Origin: an uncultured Anaerolineae bacterium
Lineage (GTDB): Bacteria > Chloroflexota > Anaerolineae > Fen-1058
DNA: 43,617 nt
Assembly: GCA_964354595.1 (NCBI GenBank)
Contig: CAYHAR010000003.1
Coordinates: 1-43,617 of the forward strand
Reading direction: 5' to 3'
Positions 16,553-26,235 of the stretch are shown here, in pieces; positions within the stretch are counted from its first letter, which is position 1; the number at the start of each line of letters is the position of its first letter. The position numbers were made by a program, and so were the translations under genes. A model generated the notes under the pieces. The model made no database searches and was not told the origin of the DNA. It was given only the letters and a program-made list of their open reading frames with translations.

Positions 16553-17440
16553 AGGCGACTACAGTCGCTACTGCGAGCCAAATCCGTGATCTACAGAGGC
16601 TAGGGCTTTCAATTCTTTCTGGCAACCGGGTCCTAGAGACACTCGTGAAGGTCAGGATAGCATAGAGCAGGATGACCAACAAGGTCGGCCACATCTGGGT
16701 GACCAACGAGATCCAGAAAAACCAGATGTCTCTATCCCCTGTTCGATACGTTGCCATATCAAAAGCATAGAAAGAATACCAGCATTGCTTGTCGAATCCA
16801 GCACCCAAAAGACAAGTCCGACAAAGGCTGCTGTTAGCCATTGGGGCCATGTGCGTCCTCGATATGCAACCAGTGAGAGAGGGGCCACTATCAGGATGAC
16901 GAACAAGGCGGTTTGTTTGGTATAGTAAGCAAGGACGTAAAGAAGCGCGCTGATTACCATGCCTCGCCGGTTTGAGTATTTGCGGCCCACGAAAAAGGCG
17001 AACAAGACCAGGAACAAGAACAAGGAATCCGTTCTCGCAATGTCCATCCAGGCGCCCGCGAATCGAAAAGTGGCAGCATAAATCCCCGCTGCGACCAAGC
17101 CGGAGATCGGATGTCCAGACGCCTCGGAAGAAATCAAGAACAGTACAAGAAAGCAACCTGTTGTGGATAGGATGGAAAGCAGCCGGGAAGCAACAAAACC
17201 AACCCCTATCAATTTCATCAGGGCAGCCGAGAGAAAGAAATAGAAGGGGTTGTAAAACGCCGGGATAAAAGATATAGAGGGCGCACTGTAGAGCGAGTTC
17301 CCTGCCAAAATCCACCGTATCTCGTCAATAGATGCTCCTTCCATCCACTCTATTTCAAACGGATAAAACAGGCGAAGGCCCGCCAATGGCAGAAATTGTA
17401 GGACATTCCCCAACGCGAGAACCAAAACGAGCAATGACAA
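16419..17440 (-). pseudogene. GT-C-like polytopic membrane protein interrupted by a frameshift near 16740-16800
   Basis: Track ORF 16652..17440 reads as a membrane protein up to ...AFVGLVFWVL, then becomes S/R/C/G-rich junk. The overlapping ORF 16419..17315 in another frame becomes membrane-like exactly there (YSFYAFDMATYRTGDRDIWFFWISLVTQMWPTLLVILLYAILTF). Confidence 0.45.
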
Positions 17441-17681
17441 AACTCCAGCCAGATAGGCTGCTCCTTTGCATATTCGAACCTCAACAATCGCCGCACACGG
17501 TCTCCTGTTTCTCTCGCCAGCACGTGATCACTGTTCTCAAGGCCATGGGCAAGAACGGGCTCCTGCACTGGATGAGAGGCTGCTTGCGTCTATTGGTACT
17601 GCGACTGAGTAAGCCGGCATCTGATGGGAGCTTTTAGAATCAACGTTGCACAAGCCCCGGCGTTGCCCAGGCAACTGAGAC

Positions 17682-19160
17682 TCACGGAACGAACTCGAGA
17701 TAAACAGGGCTGAACTCTACATCAACCGGCAGTCCCCCAAGAGGCGCGCCGTATTTATCCAGAGCGCGGACAAACCCTACCGGAGGTGAAATGCTGTGCA
17801 AGAAATCGTCCGCCGACCAGACTACCTGGATGCGCTGCGTGCCGCTGATGAAACTGTAGCCCGTGACGCCAGGAGCATAATCAGTCACTGGGCCGACATA
17901 GCGCGCGTGGCCCAGTTCCTGCGAAGCGAACTGGTATGCATAATAGACTGGCTTGGGGTTCCCAGAAGCATCCAGCAGGCCCGTACTGCGCCAAATCGGG
18001 TCCTGCATCCAGAACCAAGCCTGAGCCATCAAGCCTGACGCCATGGCCTCTGCGTAAGCACGTGGAACATACATGGCTTGAGTCTGAAAGCAATCTGACG
18101 TTGGGTTTCCACAGAACATGGCAGCTTCCATATTCATGATCCCTTTGGCCCCATAGCTATAAGCGCTCAACACTTGGCGCACGAAGGAGACCTTTTCAAG
18201 GACCGCGGTGGATTGCTTCGACACACCGCCTGTCCAGTTAGAGTTGCTCATCCGCCCCAGTGTCCCCCCGTAATAGGCATAGGCATGGAAGCTCACAACA
18301 TCAAAATAAGGTCCTCCCCCTCCACGGAGGACTCCTTCGAGAAAGCGGGATGATTGGCAGGTTTTTCCTGGAGGTGGATTGCGTGGATCGCAGTCTAACA
18401 GCAATCCCCCGATCACTACCTGCGCCTGCGGGTCTGCCGCTTTGATGGCCGGATAGGCCCATTGCAGCATCTCGGCGTAATACCCGCCACCGTAATAATA
18501 ATCGTTCTCGTCTCCCCAGCACCAGAACCCTATAGGATTGGACTCGTCGACTTGTCTGTAGTCCACATCCACTTCGCCATCCAATTCCCAATACTTGACG
18601 TTGTAAGGAGGCGCCTTGTAGCGGTTCACTAATGCGGTGAGGAACTGGGCAAACTCGTCGAAACTTGCCCGCTTGATGCGGCTGCAATCATGCCCTGGAA
18701 CCTCTCGTGCCCACAGGGGGGTGTATTGAACCCGGGCAACAACGGCCAAGCCCTGTTGGGCGGCATTGCTCAGGTTTTGCTCAGTCTCCACCTTCCAATT
18801 GTACGTGGGGGGCTCTGTTCGCGTCGGCTCGATCACTGGCCAATCAAAAGCACTCAAGAGGTCAACCCAATAGACGCCAGCTTCCACTGCCCGAGTCAAC
18901 CCGGCACTGTCATTTATGGCTCCGGTAGCCAAACCAAAGACGGGAGGAGGCGGGGGATAGTCTCGCATCACTATAGGCAAGCACACAGTATAGGTGCTTT
19001 GAGTGACAGCCACTGCGGCCCAAGTTTCAGTGTCTTCTGTGACATCCTCTTCTGCCGCAACCAATATACTCCATGACAGCAGAACAAGCAGAGAGACCAT
19101 CACTGCCAAGAGAATTACTCTCTCGCCTCTGCGCCGGAAAGAACTGGAGATAGTATCCAT
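17682..19160 (-). CDS. Secreted glycoside-hydrolase-like (clan GH-A TIM-barrel-like) protein
   Basis: The ATG at 19160 is preceded by GGAGGG. There is a signal anchor (VILLAVMVSLLVLLSWSILVAA). The layout parallels 12416..13540 (VKYWELDGEVDV in place of WNEPN). Confidence 0.6.
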   Translation of the reverse strand: MDTISSSFRRRGERVILLAVMVSLLVLLSWSILVAAEEDVTEDTETWAAVAVTQSTYTVCLPIVMRDYPPPPPVFGLATGAINDSAGLTRAVEAGVYWVDLLSAFDWPVIEPTRTEPPTYNWKVETEQNLSNAAQQGLAVVARVQYTPLWAREVPGHDCSRIKRASFDEFAQFLTALVNRYKAPPYNVKYWELDGEVDVDYRQVDESNPIGFWCWGDENDYYYGGGYYAEMLQWAYPAIKAADPQAQVVIGGLLLDCDPRNPPPGKTCQSSRFLEGVLRGGGGPYFDVVSFHAYAYYGGTLGRMSNSNWTGGVSKQSTAVLEKVSFVRQVLSAYSYGAKGIMNMEAAMFCGNPTSDCFQTQAMYVPRAYAEAMASGLMAQAWFWMQDPIWRSTGLLDASGNPKPVYYAYQFASQELGHARYVGPVTDYAPGVTGYSFISGTQRIQVVWSADDFLHSISPPVGFVRALDKYGAPLGGLPVDVEFSPVYLEFVP

Positions 19161-19170
19161 GGATTCCCTC

Positions 19171-21048
19171 CTACGTGTAATAATAAGGCAGAATTGCTCC
19201 AAGCAAGCTGGCAACTTCAAGCCACACCATCCCCATCAAGAGGAATACGGGCAAAAAACGCCTCCACTGGTTTGGTACCAACGCTCGCCATCCCAAGTAG
19301 AGGAAGAGCATAGTGGGAATAATTGTCGGATAGGTGTATCTGGCCACGGCGATGTGGATGCGCGGCAGATTTGACAGCATGGGATGAGAGTACGCCACCA
19401 TGGCGATTCCCCACACCAGCAAAGTAGCCAACGCGAGAAATGCCATTGTCCTCCGCTGCCAAGAAAAGTAATGGGCGGGAACAAGACTCTGAATGAACAA
19501 TAGTACGCATCCTCCCAGTCCCAGTAAAGTCGGGATAAGAAGCACAGAGTAGTAGCTTTCCGCCAATCCCACGTGGTTCCATCCGAAACGGGCCCAAAAG
19601 CTTTGAAAGAGATTATTCAACACTGCCCCGTATACCCCTCCAGTGCGCTTCCAATCCAAGACGGACTGGATAAACAGAGTGGGATCTGCGCCATACAGCA
19701 GGCCCGAGCTGTAGACTAGTCTAGACACCCCGGGTTGTAGTCGAGGCCAGCCTTGCTCCCCCGAACCGTTTGACAGAAGGTTAACGAAGGATTGTCCTGC
19801 CCATATTCCCTTTCCTCCATACGAGTCCTCAAAGTAGGGGGGCTCCCCCAAGGTGAACTCTCCATGTGCCAGGACAATCCCGTCGTAGCAGACTGATTCT
19901 TGATTTTGCGGCGACAATCTCACCTGCAGCACCGATACTGCTGGTTGGATGGTCATTGTCATAGCACGAAATTGCCACTCGGATGTTGTCGTTACTGTTT
20001 GCGTATGGAGAGTATTGCCATCATACAAAGAGGGAAAGGGTATCATCTTTCCTGGCGAGGCTGCTCGCACCCATCCCCCCAGTGTCACCGTCTTACCCTG
20101 CAACGTTTTGACTTGAGCAGTCGCCAACTCTTGGACTAGATAACGGTCTCCCTTGATGCATATGGCCTGCTGTCCTACTGGCCCATTGGAGGGGGCACGA
20201 ACGGCCTCTGGCCCCGGAGAGTTGATCTCATACCAATAAGCACTCCCTGACCAACTAACGGCAGAGACGATGAGGCCAATCGCCAGCATTCCACCTAATA
20301 CCCAGGCCCACCATTTCAACATGCGGCAACTCAGCAGGATGGCTACCAATCCCAAGGGCAATCCTATTGCAACAGTGCGTTTGGTGAACCAGGCCAGAAT
20401 TGCTGCTCCGCTGACCCAGACCACAGACAGCGGCGACCATCCGTTTCGCATCAGGCGGACGATCCCCCACAAAAGTAATGAGAAGATCGCCACGGCGCCA
20501 GCATCATTGTTGAGACCGGTCATCTCATCAACATAGGCGGGGATCCATGCAATCAGCGCCGGCACTATCCAGCGCACATCCTGATCCTCAGGGAAAAGGT
20601 CCCGGAGTAGCAGGTGAGCCACGAGAACCGTCAGGAGATACAGCATCGCTGATGCCAGCCGCCCTACATAGAGCTTTGTCTCTATAGGCGCATAACGGAA
20701 AAGTTGCAGCGGAGCGGTCAAGTAATAATAAACTGGCTGTGAAGATACCCCCAAACTCTCGAGGTCCGGTAGCTTTTCATACGGAGGTGAAGAGGGGCAA
20801 GGATCCTTTCCCCATAAGTGGAACTCGCACTTGGAGGCATCAATCTCTGCGGGGAAAAAACGTGAAGCCTCTGAGGGAGCCGAGCGGAATCTGGACTCGA
20901 CCACCCAGTACAATCTCTCAAGATGCTGGGGTTCGTCGTAATGCTGCCAGGGAGGCACCACGCTCACATAGATCAGGCCACGAACCAGCGTCAGACCAAG
21001 CAAAAGCGCCTGCCAGCCGCGACGGCTCCTTGGGACACGCTCTCTCAT
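19171..21048 (-). CDS. DUF2142-like GT-C membrane protein with an extracytoplasmic domain
   Basis: PPWQHYDEPQHLER is an acidic first-loop motif. The protein is polytopic, with a mid-protein soluble domain. The start is moved to ATG 21048 so it does not overlap the upstream epimerase. Confidence 0.65.
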   Translation of the reverse strand: MRERVPRSRRGWQALLLGLTLVRGLIYVSVVPPWQHYDEPQHLERLYWVVESRFRSAPSEASRFFPAEIDASKCEFHLWGKDPCPSSPPYEKLPDLESLGVSSQPVYYYLTAPLQLFRYAPIETKLYVGRLASAMLYLLTVLVAHLLLRDLFPEDQDVRWIVPALIAWIPAYVDEMTGLNNDAGAVAIFSLLLWGIVRLMRNGWSPLSVVWVSGAAILAWFTKRTVAIGLPLGLVAILLSCRMLKWWAWVLGGMLAIGLIVSAVSWSGSAYWYEINSPGPEAVRAPSNGPVGQQAICIKGDRYLVQELATAQVKTLQGKTVTLGGWVRAASPGKMIPFPSLYDGNTLHTQTVTTTSEWQFRAMTMTIQPAVSVLQVRLSPQNQESVCYDGIVLAHGEFTLGEPPYFEDSYGGKGIWAGQSFVNLLSNGSGEQGWPRLQPGVSRLVYSSGLLYGADPTLFIQSVLDWKRTGGVYGAVLNNLFQSFWARFGWNHVGLAESYYSVLLIPTLLGLGGCVLLFIQSLVPAHYFSWQRRTMAFLALATLLVWGIAMVAYSHPMLSNLPRIHIAVARYTYPTIIPTMLFLYLGWRALVPNQWRRFLPVFLLMGMVWLEVASLLGAILPYYYT

Positions 21049-21055
21049 ATCTTGA

Positions 21056-22003
21056 TCAGCTACGATCGGTATACCACTGGATGGTGTGGCGCAGGCCGTC
21101 ACGCCATTCGACTTGGGGCTGATAATCCAAAACCTGTTTTGCTTGGTCAATAGCGGCCATCGAATGTTTCACGTCGCCCGCTCGCGCCGGAGCAAACACG
21201 GGTCGCAGCGCTGTGCCTATCAGCGCCGTCAGGTCGCGATACAGGTCGAGCAATGTGCGCCGATCCCCGCAAGCAATATTCACTACTTTTCCGATCGCGT
21301 CGTTTTTCTCACACGCCAACAAATTAGCCTGTACCACATTTGCCACATAGACAAAATCACGCGACTGTGTGCCATCACCATAGATCGTCGGCGGCTCGCC
21401 GCGCAAGAGGGCCGCGATAAACTTGGGGATCGCCGCTGCATATTGCGAGTTGGGATCTTGACGTGGGCCGAACACGTTAAAGTAGCGCAAGCATACTGTG
21501 GGCAGACCATAAGCTGCGTAGAACATTCGGCAATATGCCTCGCCAGCCAGCTTGGATGCAGCGTACGGAGAAAGAGGCCTGGGGGCGGCAGTTTCTTTGA
21601 GTGGCAAATCGTCATTGTCGCCATATACGGCAGCCGAACTGGCTAACACAACGCGCTTCGCGCCGGCCTCGCGCGCGGCCAGCAGCACATTCAGTGTACC
21701 GGTCGCATTCATTTCGTGCGCCATCAGTGGGTCTGCCATGGACTGCGCCACGCTGACCAACGCTGCATGATGCAGTATATAGTCTACGCCGCTTGTTGCT
21801 TGCCGCACCGCGTCTAGGTCGCGAACGTCTCCCTCCACCACTTCCAAGTTGGGCACTTGTGCGTGATTCTGGAACTGAAGGTTCTCCCGCTTGCCTGACG
21901 AAAAATTGTCCAGCACGCGTACGCGCTCGCGGCGTTCGAGCAGCATCTCGACAATGTGCGAGCCGATGAACCCGGCTCCGCCTGTCACCAAGTAAGCAGC
22001 CAT
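21056..22003 (-). CDS. NAD-dependent UDP-sugar 4-epimerase (WbpP/TviC-like SDR)
   Basis: VTGGAGFIGSH Rossmann motif, SPYAASK (YxxxK), YFNVFGPRQ and YAAAIPKFI. Confidence 0.85.
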   Translation of the reverse strand: MAAYLVTGGAGFIGSHIVEMLLERRERVRVLDNFSSGKRENLQFQNHAQVPNLEVVEGDVRDLDAVRQATSGVDYILHHAALVSVAQSMADPLMAHEMNATGTLNVLLAAREAGAKRVVLASSAAVYGDNDDLPLKETAAPRPLSPYAASKLAGEAYCRMFYAAYGLPTVCLRYFNVFGPRQDPNSQYAAAIPKFIAALLRGEPPTIYGDGTQSRDFVYVANVVQANLLACEKNDAIGKVVNIACGDRRTLLDLYRDLTALIGTALRPVFAPARAGDVKHSMAAIDQAKQVLDYQPQVEWRDGLRHTIQWYTDRS

Positions 22004-22010
22004 CTCTGCC

Positions 22011-23090
22011 TCACAGCTTGTTCACCTCGGCGACAATCGTCTCCAGGTCAGCTTGGCCCAGTTGAGGATGCACCGGAAGCGAAATCACCTCTTCGGCCAG
22101 GCGCTCCGCCACAGGCAGCGACACGTCGCCCAGGCCCATCTTGACCAGATGCGCTTGCTTGTTCGCCGGCACCGGATAAAAGATGCCGGTGCCCACGCCC
22201 GCGCCGTTGAGTTGCTTGGCCGCCGCATCGCGGTCACGACCCCGGTCCACGCGAATCGTGTACTGATGCCACACGTGGTTGTAGCCTGGCCGCACCTTGG
22301 GCGTGACGACGCTGGTGATGCGCTCGTTGAGATACTCGGCGTTGGCGCGCCGCTGGGCCGTGAACTCGTCCAGCCGATCCATCTGCGCCAGCCCGATGGC
22401 CGCGTGCAGATCCGTCATGCGAAAGTTATAGCCCAGCATGTCGTGATAGTAGCGGCGCTGCATCCCGTGACTGCGAATCATCCGACAGTGTTGAGCCAGG
22501 TCGTCGTCGTTCGTCGTGATCATGCCACCTTCGCCACACATCACGTTCTTGGTGGCATACAGGCTAAAGCAGCCCGTGCCAAAGCTGCCCGCTCGCCGTC
22601 CTTTGTACTCGGCGCCAATCGCCTGCGCGGCATCTTCGATTACCATCAAATTGCGCCGCCGCGCAATGCCCATGATGGCGTCCATGTCACACGGATAGCC
22701 GTAGAGGTGCACCGGCAGAATCGCTCTGGTCTTGGGAGTGATCGCCGCCTCGATCAGGGCCGGATTGATATTAAAGGTCTCTACTTCAACGTCCACAAAC
22801 ACCGGGCGCGCGCCGACGTAGATGATGCTGTTAGCCGAAGCAATGAACGTGAAAGGCGTGGTGATGACCTCGTCGCCTTCGCCGATGCCGTGCGCCAACA
22901 GCGCCACGTGTAGCGCCGTCGTGCCCGATGAGGTGGCGACGGCGTGTTTGACGCCGCACGCGGCGGAAAACTTTTCTTCAAGCCTGGCCGTGCGCGGTCC
23001 TTGCACCAACATGCCCGAGTCGAGCACCTCCAGCACGGCTTTCTTTTCGGCCTCGCCGATGAAAGGTTTAGAAATCGGGATCATGGTCAC
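22011..23090 (-). CDS. DegT/DnrJ/EryC1/StrS-family sugar aminotransferase
   Basis: IPISKPFIGEAEKKAVLEVLDSGMLVQGP N-terminus and SLYATKNVMCGEGG (PLP-lysine context). ATGA overlap at 23087-23090. Confidence 0.9.
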   Translation of the reverse strand: MTMIPISKPFIGEAEKKAVLEVLDSGMLVQGPRTARLEEKFSAACGVKHAVATSSGTTALHVALLAHGIGEGDEVITTPFTFIASANSIIYVGARPVFVDVEVETFNINPALIEAAITPKTRAILPVHLYGYPCDMDAIMGIARRRNLMVIEDAAQAIGAEYKGRRAGSFGTGCFSLYATKNVMCGEGGMITTNDDDLAQHCRMIRSHGMQRRYYHDMLGYNFRMTDLHAAIGLAQMDRLDEFTAQRRANAEYLNERITSVVTPKVRPGYNHVWHQYTIRVDRGRDRDAAAKQLNGAGVGTGIFYPVPANKQAHLVKMGLGDVSLPVAERLAEEVISLPVHPQLGQADLETIVAEVNKL

Positions 23091-23716
23091 TCCTGTTCTT
23101 TAGCCAGCCGCTCACAATCGGCCTGGGGGATCAAAATCTCGGTCTTGCATTTTGGACAGACCATTCGCATACCTGATTCGTTCCCCTCGTCCTGCAAAGC
23201 AGTCAGCTTTTCTCCACACGGGCACACAAAGCCGCGCAGCCGCGCCGGGTTGCCATAGACCAGCCCATAATCTGGTACGTCGCGTGTGACGACCGCGCCC
23301 GCGCCGATCATGGCCCATCGCCCAATCGTCACGCCGCACACGATAGTGGCGTGCGCGCCAATCGAAGCGCCCGCGCGCACCAGCGTTTCGCTCACCGTCC
23401 AGTCGGCGAGGCTTTTCAGCGAGCCATCCGGGTTGATGGCGCGCGGCTGCTTGTCGTTGGTGAACACGCAGTGCGGCCCGCAAAACACGCCATCTTCCAG
23501 CGTCACGCCGTGATAGACCGAAATGCCGTTTTGAATCTTGACATGGTTGCCGATGCGAACGCCCGAGTCAATGTAGACGCCTTTGCTCAAGGTGCAATTG
23601 CGGCCTATTACAGCCTGCTCGCGCACCTGGCAATGCTGCCAGACTTTGGTGCCTTCGCCAAGACTGGCTTGAGGCGAAACATCGGCAGTAGGATGAACAA
23701 AGAATTGGCGTTTCAT
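23087..23716 (-). CDS. Left-handed beta-helix amino-sugar N-acetyltransferase (WbpD/QdtC-like) with a C-terminal zinc ribbon
   Basis: FVHPTADVSPQASLGEGTKVWQHCQV followed by hexapeptide repeats. The tail has CPCGEKL...CPKCKTE. The start is taken at MKRQFF (23716); the track ORF starts at 23779. Confidence 0.75.
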   Translation of the reverse strand: MKRQFFVHPTADVSPQASLGEGTKVWQHCQVREQAVIGRNCTLSKGVYIDSGVRIGNHVKIQNGISVYHGVTLEDGVFCGPHCVFTNDKQPRAINPDGSLKSLADWTVSETLVRAGASIGAHATIVCGVTIGRWAMIGAGAVVTRDVPDYGLVYGNPARLRGFVCPCGEKLTALQDEGNESGMRMVCPKCKTEILIPQADCERLAKEQE

Positions 23717-23835
23717 AGAGGCTCTTTTTATTGGAGGTTGACGCATAGTTTCATGAGAATGATTGGTCAGGCAGAGCACGCTGGAGGCTGGCGGCTCTGA
23801 TCGGCCCGGCGATTATCGCCCATTTGAGAGAATTG

Positions 23836-24816
23836 TCAAACGGACTGGCGGGCTGCTCTGAATTGCGCGATTACTTGATCGAGCGTCTCATCCAGTGAGA
23901 TGGTGGGCTGCCAGCCGACGGTTGCCTTGATTTTTTGTGTGTCAGGCACCCGGCGACGCATGTCCTCAAAGCCGTCCTCGTAGGCCCGATCGTAAGGAAC
24001 CAGCTTGATTTCCGAGCGGCTGCCCGACCTTGCCAAGACACGCCGGGCCAGGTCGAGAATGGTGATCTCTTCGTGGCTGCCCACGTTAAAAATCTCCCCG
24101 ACTGCGCGCGGCTCGGAGGCGAGCGCAAGTACGGCTCGCACAGTGTCTTGGACGTTGCAAAAGCAACGGCTTTGCTGGCCGTCGCCATAGACGGTCAACG
24201 GCTGGCTGGCCAACGCCTGCTGAACGAGGCGGGGAATGACCATGCCATACATTCCAGTCTGGCGCGGGCCGACGGTGTTGAAAAAGCGGCAGATGATTAC
24301 CGGCGTCTCGAACTGTTTGTGATACGCCAGCGCCAGAAACTCGTCCATTGCCTTGGACTCGGCATAGCACCAGCGGCTCTTGGTGGTCGGCCCCATCACG
24401 CGGTCGGCGTCCTCGTGGAACGGAATCTCGTCGCTCTTGCCATACACTTCGGAAGAGGAGGCGAGCAGGATTTTTTTGCGATAGCGCAGAGCGAGTCGCA
24501 GTATTGTCTCCGTGCCGCGCAGATTGGTCTCGATAGTTTGAATCGGGTCTCGGACAATCAATTCCACGCCGACCACCGCTGCCAGGTGATAAATCACGTC
24601 GCACTCGCTCACTAGCCGATCCATCACGGTCTCGTTGAGAATGGTTTCGCGGACAAAGTGGAACTGAGGATGACTCGTCAGCCCGGCAATGTTCTCGATC
24701 CGCCCGGTGGAGAGATCGTCTACTGCAACCACGCGCTGTCCTTGAGCCAACAAGGCTTCAGCCAAATGACTGCCGATAAAACCTGCGCCGCCGGTGATGA
24801 GAGCTTGAGTGGTCAT
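23836..24816 (-). CDS. NAD-dependent sugar-nucleotide epimerase/dehydratase (UXS/ArnA-C-terminal-like SDR)
   Basis: ITGGAGFIGSH, YAESK and CRFFNTVGPRQ. The ATG at 24816 shares one base with the upstream TGA (TGATG). Confidence 0.85.
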   Translation of the reverse strand: MTTQALITGGAGFIGSHLAEALLAQGQRVVAVDDLSTGRIENIAGLTSHPQFHFVRETILNETVMDRLVSECDVIYHLAAVVGVELIVRDPIQTIETNLRGTETILRLALRYRKKILLASSSEVYGKSDEIPFHEDADRVMGPTTKSRWCYAESKAMDEFLALAYHKQFETPVIICRFFNTVGPRQTGMYGMVIPRLVQQALASQPLTVYGDGQQSRCFCNVQDTVRAVLALASEPRAVGEIFNVGSHEEITILDLARRVLARSGSRSEIKLVPYDRAYEDGFEDMRRRVPDTQKIKATVGWQPTISLDETLDQVIAQFRAARQSV

Positions 24817-26225
24817 CAATACGCCCCTTTGCCGCGGATGACCACGCCCAGCGTCATCCACAAGATTTTCAAGTCGAGCCACAGCGAATAGTTGCGGATG
24901 TAGTAGAGATCATACTGCGTGTTCAGATGCATGGGGAGGTCGCTGCGCCCGCTCACCTGCCACCAGCCCGTGATGCCCGGCGGGACGGCCAGCCGCTGGC
25001 GCTGCCACGGCTCGTAATGGGCGGCGATGAACTCTTGCTCCGGGCGCGGACCGACCAGGCTCATCTCGCCGCGCAGCACGTTGACGAGTTGCGGCAATTC
25101 GTCCAGGCTCGTCCGCCGCAACAAGCGACCCACGCGCGTGACGCGCGGATCGTTTGGACGCTTGTAAACCGGGTGCCCCACCTCATCCGTAGCGACTACC
25201 GATTCCGCCAACTGGTCCGCGCCTTGCACCATCGTGCGAAATTTCAGCGTCCAAAACTCTTTGCAATTCTCTCCCACGCGCCGCTGGCGAAAGATGGCCG
25301 GGCCGGGGCTATCGAGCTTGATGGCAATGGCGAGGAGCAGCAGCACCGGCCACAGCAGCGCCAGCGCCAGCGCGCTCAAGACCACGTCGGTCGCCCGCTT
25401 GATGGCCCAGTTCGCGCCGTCAATCACCGGCTCGCGCACGCCGATGAGCGGCACTGGGCCGAGCATCTCGACGCTGGCGCGCACCAGCGCCAGCTTGAGC
25501 AGGTCGGGCGCAACGCGCACGCGCACCGGCAGCGAGTGAAGATCGTACACCACGCGCTCGATCTGGTCGTATTGCGACGAGGGCAACGTGATGACCACTT
25601 CGTCGCAGCCGAACTCGCGCACCAGTCGGGCTGTATCGGCCACGCGGCCCAACACGGGCAAGCCGGTCAGCGCGTCGGCGGGCAGCTCATCGTCCACAAA
25701 ACCCAACACGGTGAGCACCGGCCCCAAGTCGCGCGCAATGGCGGCGGCTACCTCCACGCCCGGCTCGCCCGCGCCGACGATGAGCACCTGGCCGGGGCGC
25801 ATCTTTTGTCGCAGCAAGCGCAGCGCCGTCACGCCCGCCACGCGCAGGAGCGTCAAAAGCGCCCAATCCAGCGCGGCAAAGTAGATCACGAGCAGGCGCG
25901 AGACTTCACGAAACGAAAAATACAACGCGCCAGCCAGCACCAGGATGGCTACCGGCATCGCCTTGCTCATCCGGCGCACCTGGGTCGCAATGTTCATTGC
26001 CCCTTGCGATTCATAGACGCCGAGCACCTGGAACACGGGTGTCCACACGAGCGCGACGATAGCGTAGACGAGCGGGCTGAGCACGTCGCCGGAGCCGAGC
26101 GTCTTACCTGGCAGTAGGGGCCGCAGCGCTTCGGCCAGCGCAAGCGCGACCATCGTCGCGGCGAGGTCGGCGGCGGAAAGCAAAGCCAGGAATCGGCGGA
26201 ATCGTCTAAACATCTCTGCGACCAA
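24816..26225 (-). CDS. Polyprenyl-phosphate hexose-1-phosphate transferase (WbaP/WcaJ-type priming enzyme)
   Basis: N-terminal TM helices, a central Rossmann-like segment ([10 protein letters not shown]), and a C-terminal Bac_transf core ([12 protein letters not shown]...[21 protein letters not shown]). Confidence 0.9.
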   Translation of the reverse strand: MVAEMFRRFRRFLALLSAADLAATMVALALAEALRPLLPGKTLGSGDVLSPLVYAIVALVWTPVFQVLGVYESQGAMNIATQVRRMSKAMPVAILVLAGALYFSFREVSRLLVIYFAALDWALLTLLRVAGVTALRLLRQKMRPGQVLIVGAGEPGVEVAAAIARDLGPVLTVLGFVDDELPADALTGLPVLGRVADTARLVREFGCDEVVITLPSSQYDQIERVVYDLHSLPVRVRVAPDLLKLALVRASVEMLGPVPLIGVREPVIDGANWAIKRATDVVLSALALALLWPVLLLLAIAIKLDSPGPAIFRQRRVGENCKEFWTLKFRTMVQGADQLAESVVATDEVGHPVYKRPNDPRVTRVGRLLRRTSLDELPQLVNVLRGEMSLVGPRPEQEFIAAHYEPWQRQRLAVPPGITGWWQVSGRSDLPMHLNTQYDLYYIRNYSLWLDLKILWMTLGVVIRGKGAY

Positions 26226-26235
26226 TGGTCGGCGA

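Noticed and set aside
24927-26117. Long antisense ORFs inside high-GC genes, for example 24927..26117 (+, 396 aa), 22053..22913 (+), 4975..6054 (-), 6786..7499 (-), 39227..40186 (+), 40327..41145 (+), 33611..34258 (+) and 37419..38024 (+)
   Set aside because: They are Arg/Ala/His/Gln/Pro-rich shadow frames opposite genes with clear family signatures. They have no motifs, and stop-codon depletion in GC-rich DNA explains their length.
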